From contig OZ025788.1 of assembly GCA_964019425.1 (NCBI GenBank), forward strand, positions 1 to 64,000: 64,000 nt of DNA. The letters run 5' to 3'. Each line of letters starts with the position of its first letter. The first letter of the stretch is position 1. The stretch is from Flectonema sp. DT1601 (lineage: Eukaryota). The notes below the pieces were generated by a model. The model was not told the origin of the DNA. It saw only the letters and a list, made by a program, of their open reading frames with translations, and did not search any database. Position numbers and translations under genes: made by a program. This document shows positions 13,766 to 21,810 of this stretch, piece by piece.

Positions 13766-14461
13766 ATCGGTAACTACCCCCCGATATGTGAAAGCAGGCT
13801 TGGCAAATGTAGGATCGCCTGCAACAGTTGCTGTTAGAGAATGCATAATCTCAGGTGCCGCCATATGTCCCATCGGCAACCTGGTTAGCTCAAACCACTC
13901 CCCTCGCTCATCCTGGAATCTGAAATATTTCCTAGAGCGCTCAGGTATGGAAACCTGGTAAAACCCCGTCTTCAAGTCCCATTGGGATGATGTCTCCCTC
14001 GTCACTTGAGAGAGGTACTGAGCAATGTGCTCCAAGGGAACCTTCGGCTTGTACCCGAGTTCGTGCATCATCAAGTTGGCCTCCTTCGTCCACAAGATGA
14101 ATCGCTGCTGTGTTCCAGTTATCCGTTCTTCAGGTATTGTAAAGGGTATTGATTCCAATATCCCGGGGCTGCTTGTTTGGGTTGCAACCCCTGCCTGTAC
14201 TAGCCGGCGTGCATGCTGAGACTGCAGACAAGACTCCCTATGACTCTTTTTATACTGATGGCTTTGGTGAGTACCTTGCCGACACGGGTTGAACGTGAGG
14301 TCCCATACCTCTTCAAACCTCCTGCGTGTCCCATCAGTCATCATCCGTTTTACCTCTTGAACGTCAATGGTCCCCACTTCCTTTACGTGTAGAGGCGTCG
14401 CCCTCTCTTCTTCGGTTGAAGGGAGGCGAGTGGACTTCGACTTCCGAGTGAAGTTCTGCAT
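13766..14461 (-). pseudogene. Truncated reverse transcriptase of copy 1; the frame runs on into the satellite
   Basis: Manual translation MQNFTRKSK...QRFILWTKEAN...QWDLKTGFYQV...FELTRLPMGHMAAPEIMH...GVVTD, then (TRKPANPQ)n. It lacks the WIDN motif and RNase H that follow in copy 2. Confidence 0.88.
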
Positions 14462-14484
14462 AAGTCTCCGCGCAGTTCTTGGAA

Positions 14485-15468
14485 TTACAAATGTTGGGTT
14501 ATGCGGCTTGTGTTCAGGGAGAGAGCCAGCGACCTGTCCGACCCTGCATATCTTAACGTCGTTTCTGATATCTGCTGGTTTGCCGTTTCGTGTTTGGCTA
14601 GTCGACTTATGAGCATCAGCGGAATAACTAATCCTGTCTGTTTCTTCTCGAAAATGAACTTTATTGCACCGCGTTTTATGCTGTGAGCACTGTAATTTTC
14701 CATGCGAGAATCCTTCTTCCAAAGTCCTGTGAGCTTTGCAGTGTCGACTTTTGTTAAACGATCGAAGAATCCCAACCTCATGATGGCTCTGTATATCTCC
14801 TCCGTCCATCTTCCAGTGATTACCGCGAACCTTGAAGCCGTGTACGGATTCTCCCTCTTTCCCTTCGGAATCTGGTTCCAGTCCACAATTACTGTTAAAG
14901 GGTCGCATTGAATGAAGCTGCCCGAGGACAGCGCCGCGACCTCCCCCCAGCGAGACATTGTTTTCCAGGCAATCATTGCGGCGGTTGAAACCCCTAGCTC
15001 CTGTGTTTGACACCATTCTTCCAGGATTCCCCTTGGGATCGGAGTTGCTTGTGACTCGGGCACCGTAGCACCGTCTGCCCTTAAGGCCACCTGAAGGCTC
15101 CTGAGGGGTTGGTTTTCCATCCCGAGGTGTTTCATAATACCCGACAATGCCTTTGCGTAGTTTAGTAGACTTTGTGACTTCGCCCCTGTAGCGGTTACGA
15201 ATAAGACCGCAGAATTTGCATCCATGGGTAGGCTCCTGCCGGTGACCCACTTCACATACCTCGACCATAATCGTTTTCTCTGGTCGATGGTAGACACCGC
15301 CCACATCTTTCTTACGATGGCGCGTACCCGCTTCTCTGCTGCCTTTATGGTGACTTCGTCTTCTGATTGAGTCCTTCTTGTTGGTCTGCGTTGCAAGATC
15401 TGTAAAGTTGCTTGCTCCATTATTCCTTTTCCTTTGACCAACTCGTCTTGCCGCATTTTGGCGATCAT
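14485..15468 (-). CDS. Tyrosine recombinase of TATE-like copy 1 (327 aa)
   Basis: YR catalytic pattern: R (KTMSRWGE), HxxR-like (HSIKRG), H (AKHE), Y (TTLRY). Strong similarity to 19021..20055. Confidence 0.88.
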   Translation of the reverse strand: MIAKMRQDELVKGKGIMEQATLQILQRRPTRRTQSEDEVTIKAAEKRVRAIVRKMWAVSTIDQRKRLWSRYVKWVTGRSLPMDANSAVLFVTATGAKSQSLLNYAKALSGIMKHLGMENQPLRSLQVALRADGATVPESQATPIPRGILEEWCQTQELGVSTAAMIAWKTMSRWGEVAALSSGSFIQCDPLTVIVDWNQIPKGKRENPYTASRFAVITGRWTEEIYRAIMRLGFFDRLTKVDTAKLTGLWKKDSRMENYSAHSIKRGAIKFIFEKKQTGLVIPLMLISRLAKHETANQQISETTLRYAGSDRSLALSLNTSRITQHL

Positions 15469-15540
15469 GCTCCCGGTTTTTTTGCTTAATAAAGTTATAC
15501 TTGGCCGGGTCCAAGTAAACTTCCTTTCCCGTACTGCGAT

Positions 15541-16357
15541 TCAATTCTTCCGCACCTGCTGGGGCCAACGGCCTGGACCTAAAAAAGCCTTCGTTGGCTT
15601 TGGTTTCGGGGTCCAGGTGTTCTTATTTTTCTTCGAAGCTTTTTGAATTGACCTGTCGATGTAGTCGTGTTGATTGGCTTCCATTTCCGTCAATACATCG
15701 CTGAGCCTGGCCCCGTACAACATATCCTTGTTGTACACGAAGCAGCGATAGACTCCTATTGCTTGTATTCTGGCCTTGGCGAGATAATTCGTCTGCAATA
15801 ATGGCGTGTCCCTGCTCCAATGCCTGTTGACGGTTTCTCACGTTAACAGTTTCATGCTCCAATACAGTCTGTCTCTGCCCCGCTGAATTCAAAGCTTGCG
15901 AGGTAACTTGTTCAAGAACCGCTTGCCTCTGCACGGTGTTTGATACCACTTGGCTCGCACCCTCCATAACATGGTGAGACTCCGTACGGGAGACGGGTAA
16001 ACCCTCCGTCACCCCACATGCTCGTAGCATTTCATCGAATCTCTGCACATTCCTGTTTCGCAGATGTGAGAGCATAACTTCCTTTGGCCTCATCGCTATT
16101 CCTTGCAACGAGTCTCTCGAAACACCCAGGAAGGCCATCAACATATCATTAATGATGCTCTCAGCTTGATGCTGTACACACCATCCCCCTAAGTTCATTC
16201 TTACGTCATCCATTTTGTATGTACCTCGTTTTAACTCCTCTTCGCCGAAAGTGCTTTTCCAAGCATCTTCCAAACTTGAAGGAAATCTAAAATCGTACGT
16301 ACTTATTACAGTCGAGGGGGATGGTTGGTCGATTATCATAGGCGTTTGTTGATCCAT
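15541..16357 (-). pseudogene. gag-like ORF1 of copy 1, split over two frames (15623..16357 and 15541..15798)
   Basis: Lies upstream of the YR. The second frame (SDVLTEMEANQHDYIDRSIQKASKKNKNTW) resembles the copy 2 ORF1 C-terminus (ADIITELEVDDNDRLLKAMLNVEKKKRPFTW). Confidence 0.6.
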
Positions 16358-16416
16358 TTTAAATTATTAAATTAATTTAAAGATGCAAGAATGCCTGGAA
16401 GGGCAGATAGGCATAA

Positions 16417-16509
16417 ACGAATCAATCGTAATGCACTATAAAAAGGATGGAAGAAACAAATGGTCGTATTATACTATAGGCTCGACGAATCAATCATGTT
16501 GCACTATAA
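16417..16509. repeat. Imperfect 25-bp direct repeat in the 5' non-coding region of copy 1
   Basis: acgaatcaatcgtaatgcactataa (16417-16441) versus acgaatcaatcatgttgcactataa (16485-16509). Confidence 0.75.
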
Positions 16510-16638
16510 TAAAATAAATGGTAAGACTGCTCACATTAAGAACTGATAAGACAATGGATTGCTACATAGAAATTTGTATCATAAGAATAAAGTGGTGAAC
16601 TACAGCGCTGATCCTGAGAGATTCCTATATTGGTGTTA

Positions 16639-16729
16639 GGGTTTGCGGGTTTGCGGGTTTGCGGGTTTGCGGGTTTGCGGGTTTGCGGGTTTGCGGGTTT
16701 GCGGGTTTGCGGGTTTGCGGGTTTGCGGG
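16639..16729. repeat. Short (GGGTTTGC)11 array between copies 1 and 2, overlapping a single TTAGGG (16636-16641)
   Basis: Read directly. Confidence 0.97.
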
Positions 16730-17369
16730 GAATCACCCTTATCAGTCTGCCATATTTATTTGAAACTATAGAACAAGGTATTGTAATTTGTATGAATGAA
16801 CTAATGTAAAGATAATTACACGATATGCTAATGCATAGGGGTGGTTACTGAGTAATGGCGCTTGGCCACAACCCGGCGTGGTGGGAAGGGTGGGTGGGAT
16901 TACTTTATCTATTAAGGGAGTACGAAAAGGAGAAAGAGAGCCTATAGAAGTAATGAGAGATGAAATTCGGATACTTTAAATGTAGCGAAACGTAAATATC
17001 AAAATGTTTATTAACGATCGTAAGTATCGCTGATGCTCCTTTCTCGAACGTGTTGCGTCTTATGTCTGAAACAAAATGTGCTGTTTTTCTAGATGTTTTC
17101 TTATTCTTTATTTTATATTGCGTACGAGTTGTTTATGCTTTCTTTTGGATAAACGGTAATGTATTTATAAACGATGAGAGGTAGACATGGCCGACGGATG
17201 GTTGATTCCCACGTAACGGGGGAATCACCCTTATCAGTCTGCCATATTTATTTGAAACTATAGAACAAGGTATTGTAATTTGTATGGATGAACTAATGTA
17301 AAGATAATTACACGATATGCTAATGCGTAGGGGTGGTTACTGAGTAATGGCGCTTGGCCACGACCCGGC
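16727..17369 (-). repeat. Split direct repeats B1 (17219-17369) and B2 (16727-16877) around a unique A-like segment
   Basis: 151-bp copies with 3 mismatches, offset 492 bp. This matches the B1-A2-B2 3' architecture of Ngaro/PAT-type YR retroelements. Confidence 0.9.
17200..17230. other. Putative tyrosine-recombinase att/circle-junction site
   Basis: GGTTGATTCCC-ACGTAACGG-GGGAATCACCC: 11-bp inverted arms (10/11) around a 9-bp spacer, exactly at the B1/A boundary. Confidence 0.6.
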
Positions 17370-19003
17370 TACCACCACCACCGCGCAAGTTGAGGAATCG
17401 CCCCAGCGCAAGTTTTGCATCAGCAAGTAGCTTTGGCTGGTTAAGATTAGTTGGAGTGCCCCGTGAAGGATAGTCTGCAGGATTGCATTTTGTTGACACC
17501 CATGATATTGTGTATGCGCAACCTATCCTTTGTAAGTGATTGAGAGATCCTATCACCTCCCTGTTTAGATCGTAAGAGCGTGAGGACATCCCCTTTTTGG
17601 TTGAGAAGGCAACTGTAGTATTATCAACGTAGATATCGATGTGAGATGCTTCTTCAACTGTCTGCAGCGAGAGATGCAGCGCCTTAGCCTCAAGAATGTT
17701 AATGTGCTTCTCGCCCTCTATCGTAGTCCAGCGTTGCCCCAGAATCTTCATCTCCGCTTGTTTAGAAATAATAACTGCACCCCATCCGGTGTTAGAAGCG
17801 TCAACAAACATCATAATAGAGCCGTCATCAGAGAAGGACTTGATCTCTCGAACCTGTGATACCTCACCTACCCACTGCTCTATCTGTTTCCTGACCGAGA
17901 TCGGAATGCTAATGCACGTTAACGTCGCAAACTCCCCGATTGAGTGAATTTGTTATTCTTCCAAAGAACTTTAACGCATACCAGAAGTTACCTGGGTGAA
18001 CCCTCGTAATTGCAGAAGCATGCAGAAGCCTCCCTGCTAAGCTTTCAACACCCCCTGCTGTAGGATTAGTAAGATCTGAGTCCTGGACCTTGTTGCGTAG
18101 CTTCTTCGCTACCGATACCGTATGGTCAAGATGATTAAAATGAACACCCAAAAAGTCATAGTCTGTAGCAGCCCGGATAGTTTCAGCTGCTTTCCATGTC
18201 ACATTACAGTCAGCTGCTATTTTGTTAACACCATCAGTAGCTGCCTCGACCTTATTAAGATCACCAGATATTCTAATATTATCTATCCATATGTCAGTTA
18301 CGACACCTTTGTAAGTAAACTCAGGCTTAGCATATGTTGGATCGCCTGCCACTGTAGCAGTCAAAGTGTGCATGATCTCGGGCGCTGCTACGTGTCCCAT
18401 TGGCAGCCTCGTTAGCTCAAACCAATTATGTGCACTATTTTGAAACCTGAAGAATCTTTTCGATGCCTGAGGGATCGGTACTTGGTAAAAGCCTGTTCTT
18501 AAGTCCCATTGGGATGCGACCTCCTTCTCCGTCCGATCAAGATAACATGAAATGTGCCCAAGTGGAACTTTCGGATCATAGCCTAAGCTCCTAGCCTGCT
18601 GGTTTGCCTCCCTCGTCCATAATATAAACCTTTGCCTGTTTGCTCCTTCCCGCTCTTCTAATACAGTAAATGGGATCGATTCGAGTTCTCCAGGGCCGCC
18701 TGCCTGGGTAGCGATACCTGCCTCTACAAGTTTGTTCGCATGCTCAGTCTGTAATTCTGACCTCTTGTTTCCCTTTCTGTAGCTAACCTTGCCTTTCCTT
18801 GGGTTAAATGTTAAGTTGCAGACTTCTTTAAATCTTTTGGGGGTTTCTTTTGTCATCATCTTCTCCACCTTCTGAACCCCCAGCGGCTTAACAGGGTGAA
18901 CGTGAAGTGGACTCGATCGCTCCTCCTCCGTCGTCGGTATTCTAGTGATCTTCGACTTTCGTGTGAAGTTTTGCATCACCCGCCTAACCATCGTTGCACT
19001 CAT
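17320..19003 (-). pseudogene. RT + RNase H of copy 2, with one frameshift near 17910-17945
   Basis: RT motifs QWDLRTGFYQV, LTRLPMGH, WIDN, DFLGV. RNase H motifs FVDAS..GWG, HINILEA, VDN, NPADYPSR lie in a different frame (17320..17814). Likely ATG at 19003. Confidence 0.87.
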
Positions 19004-19020
19004 AGGTGATTTGTTACCCG

Positions 19021-20055
19021 CTAGGTTTGTAGAGATACCGCGATGCTCTTGTCGGACCCTGCGTACCTCAGCGTTGTTTCTGAGACTTGTTCGTTTGACG
19101 TCTCGTGCTTCGCCAGTCTGCTGATGAGATACGTTGGGATGGCCTTCCTCGGGTTCCCCGCGTTGAAATTGAATATGTGTTGGATCGCACCTCTCTTCAC
19201 ACTGTGGCCGCTGTAGCCCTTCATAGCTGGGTCCCGCTTCCACAAGACCCCGACCCTCGCCGTGTCGGTGCTGCAAAGGGTTTCGAACGGCGAGAGCTTC
19301 CTTATAAGTCTGTTGATTTCTTGGACTTGGTCGCCACTGATCACAACGAATCTTGACGTTGTGTAAGGGTTTCTCTTCTTTCCCTTTGGTGTTTGCCCCC
19401 AATCTATTATAACTTGCAGTGGATCTAGGTTTATGAATTGCACTGACGATAACTTTGCCACTTCCCCCCATCGGGACATTGTCTTCCATGCTATGATCGC
19501 TGTCGCTTTGAGGTCGGGCTTTTGTTCCAACGCCCACTGCATCAGTACTTCCTTTTTGATAGGTGTTGCTTGGCTCCCCGGAATCGCTGCACCATCCGCC
19601 CTTAGAGCTGCTGCTAGGCTTCTGAGAGGCTGATTGTCCCTTCCTATCTTTTTCATTATTGCCGAGAGACCCTTCGCATAATTCAGAAGGCCCTGAGGCT
19701 TTGCCCCTGTTGCAACTGTAAACAGAACCGCTGTGTCCGCATTGTTCGTCAGGTTCCGCTCGATCGCCCATTTCATGAACCGCGACCATAATCGTTTTCT
19801 CTGTTCTAGCGTTGACGGTGCCCACATCCCTTTCACTACGTTGTCCAGCTTTCCTAGTGCCCTGTTGACTGAGACCGGATCTTCTGGATGTGTTACCTTT
19901 GTGGGCTGCCTCCTCAAGATTCCTAGAACTGATTCCGCCATCACACCATTTCTTGTTATTAAGTCTCCGTGATGCGTTGCTCCAATTTGTTTTCCCAGTT
20001 TGTTGTACGGGGTAACGCCTGGCTGGGCCCAGGCGCCCCCACCTGCTGTTGGCAT
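19021..20055 (-). CDS. Tyrosine recombinase of copy 2 (344 aa; stop appears 7 codons early relative to copy 1)
   Basis: KTMSRWGE, HSVKRG, AKHE, TTLRY motifs. Ends SLQT*RVTNHL* versus SLNTSRITQHL* in copy 1. Confidence 0.88.
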   Translation of the reverse strand: MPTAGGGAWAQPGVTPYNKLGKQIGATHHGDLITRNGVMAESVLGILRRQPTKVTHPEDPVSVNRALGKLDNVVKGMWAPSTLEQRKRLWSRFMKWAIERNLTNNADTAVLFTVATGAKPQGLLNYAKGLSAIMKKIGRDNQPLRSLAAALRADGAAIPGSQATPIKKEVLMQWALEQKPDLKATAIIAWKTMSRWGEVAKLSSVQFINLDPLQVIIDWGQTPKGKKRNPYTTSRFVVISGDQVQEINRLIRKLSPFETLCSTDTARVGVLWKRDPAMKGYSGHSVKRGAIQHIFNFNAGNPRKAIPTYLISRLAKHETSNEQVSETTLRYAGSDKSIAVSLQT

Positions 20056-20337
20056 TCAGTTTTGCTTCCTGGGGGTTTGAGCCCCACGTCCGTTTCCCGA
20101 GAGCGGTCTTGACGGCTTCTTCCATGTAAACGGTCTTTTCTTCTTCTCAACATTAAGCATTGCCTTCAAGAGCCTATCGTTGTCATCCACTTCCAGCTCT
20201 GTAATGATATCGGCCATTTCAAGGCCTCTGTCGATCCAACCGGTCTGCATACGCAATGTCGTCAAGATACGATTCCCAAGGCTCACCATCTCATCCATTT
20301 CTTGCCATAGAGTAACCCGTTCCGCCACACGGATCCC
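20056..20337 (-). pseudogene. C-terminal remnant of gag-like ORF1 of copy 2
   Basis: W-x-E..V-x-LGN..L..LR-x-Q motif shared with copy 3. Truncated by the satellite at CCC/GGG. Confidence 0.65.
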
Positions 20338-20390
20338 GGGTTTGCGGGTTTGCGGGTTTGCGGGTTTGCGGGTTTGCAGGTTTGCAGGTT
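20338..20390. repeat. Short (GGGTTTGC)~6.5 array with degenerate GCAGG units at its right end, between divergent copies 2 and 3
   Basis: Read directly. Confidence 0.95.
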
Positions 20391-21810
20391 ATTTCAAGCA
20401 ATTGAAAAACTTTATACCCGGGTTCGAATATGTAGTAGCGTGGGATGAAAACCCCCACTTTGTAGAGCTAGGTAACGATTTGTTGGAGCAGCTGCGGATT
20501 CAGCATTACTTCTGCGAGGATAGGAAGAGAGACCCGAGCAGGAGATGATAATGAAAGTGGCATCAGAAGACCAGTAGGAGTAGCTAAGAGGAACAAACAT
20601 GTGAAGCTGCAGCAACCAAAATGGAAAGGGGGGAAGACGACCTGTTTCCACATCCCCAGCATCGGGAAACGGGAGAGGGTTCGCGAAGTGACCAGCCGAC
20701 CGGACCCTGCAAGTACCCAAGACGAAAGTTAGAGTACAGGAGTATGCAAGTATTAGAAACACCCCCATTACCAAGGTTGAAGTATTTAAGGAAACGGTAT
20801 TGAAGAACGGCCGACCACGAACAAGGTTAAGAAGATCCATAAGTTCGATCGTTTGAGGCCCGGACAACAGTGTAAAACCCACAGCCCGAGGATCCCCCAG
20901 CGGAAGGGAGATGGAAGTAAATTCAGACAGAGAAACGGGAGAGATAAACCCCACACCAATCACAACAACGGATACAAGCAGCATGCCGAGGACCCCGTTA
21001 CATACATAGAAGCGACAGAAAGACTTCAAGAAACACTAGAGAAGATGTGGGCTTCAAAGGCAACAGCAAGCAGGCGGAACCTGTGGAGAAGATTTCGGGA
21101 AAGGGAGAAACCAGCAAATGCAAGCTCGGCTGTTCTGTTCGTGATGGCGACAGGTGTAGCAGTGCAGGGGCTTCTCTCTTATGCAAAGAGTCTACCTGCA
21201 GTGATGGGGAGAATCGGAATAGAAAACGGACCCCTGTTGAGCTTAGCTGCAGGGCGAACGGGGCGGCAATACCACTAGAACAGGCAGCACCAATGACAAG
21301 TTTCGACCTGGTGGATTGGGCAAGGGGGCAAGACATGAAGACCCACTTGGCAATGCTAGTGTGCTGGAAGGCTGCATCAAGATGGGGCGGGACCAGTTCA
21401 TCCCTGTAAGAGATCATTATTGATTGGTCCCGCACGCTGAAGGGAAGGAGGGCAAACCCTTACTTGCCAAGCAGATGGGCGGTGATAAAGGGGAATCGCA
21501 CAGAAGAGATAAGGATTTTGCTGGGTGCGATAGGGGAGTTCAAAAGAGTTGATAGATCAAAGAATGCGAGCGAACACGCACAGAACAAAGAGCACGCGCA
21601 TCCCCATAACGAAGGAGGAGATGTCTTCACCACTACAGGAGAGAATAATTATGCCTGAGCAGAAGAGGGGGAGGACTGCCGAAGTGTTTGTAGATGCCTC
21701 ATTGCAGGGATGGGGAGGTGTCATTGTTTGGAAAACGAGTGAGTTGGAAATTCTTAGTGCGGCATGGCCTGCTGGTGAAGACCGACATATAAATACCCTT
21801 GAAGCTCTTA
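20391..21810 (+). mobile_element. Decayed, internally deleted TATE-like copy 3 in the opposite orientation
   Basis: gag remnant (VAWDENPHFVELGNDLLEQLRIQ); frameshifted YR pieces (KMWA, SAVLFVMATG, LLSYAKSL, WKAASRWG, NPYLPSRWAVI); RT N-terminus (KSTRIPITKEEMSSPL) fused directly to RNase H (VFVDASLQGWG, HINTLEA). Confidence 0.85.

Larger units (their letters stand above)
13766..16638 (-). mobile_element. Tyrosine-recombinase (DIRS-order, TATE-like) retrotransposon copy 1, 3'-truncated inside RT
   Basis: Order on minus strand is gag-like, YR, RT. Bounded on both sides by GGGTTTGC arrays. YR and RT align with copy 2. Confidence 0.88.
16727..20337 (-). mobile_element. TATE-like YR retrotransposon copy 2: 5'-truncated in gag, 3' end intact with split direct repeats
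   Basis: gag remnant, YR, RT and RNase H on the minus strand, then a 151-bp direct repeat pair ending at the satellite. Confidence 0.9.

Noticed and set aside
4..13961. Three ~4,600-aa plus-strand ORFs (RVCGFAGL)n
   Set aside because: They arise because the 8-bp repeat has no stop codon in any frame; there is no ATG and no evidence of coding.
19004..20125. N-terminal ~370 aa of the 738-aa ORF 17909..20125
   Set aside because: It overlaps the YR in another frame and looks like off-frame sequence. Similarity to copy 1 RT starts only near ATG 19003. A frameshift-based overlap cannot be fully excluded.
1..20390. CRISPR-like interpretation of repeats separated by unique DNA
   Set aside because: The units are contiguous 8-mers without spacers, the intervening DNA is kilobase-scale retroelement, the context is eukaryotic, and no cas genes are present.
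20412..21029. 205-aa hydrophobic minus-strand ORF
   Set aside because: Antisense shadow of the purine-rich plus strand of decayed copy 3.
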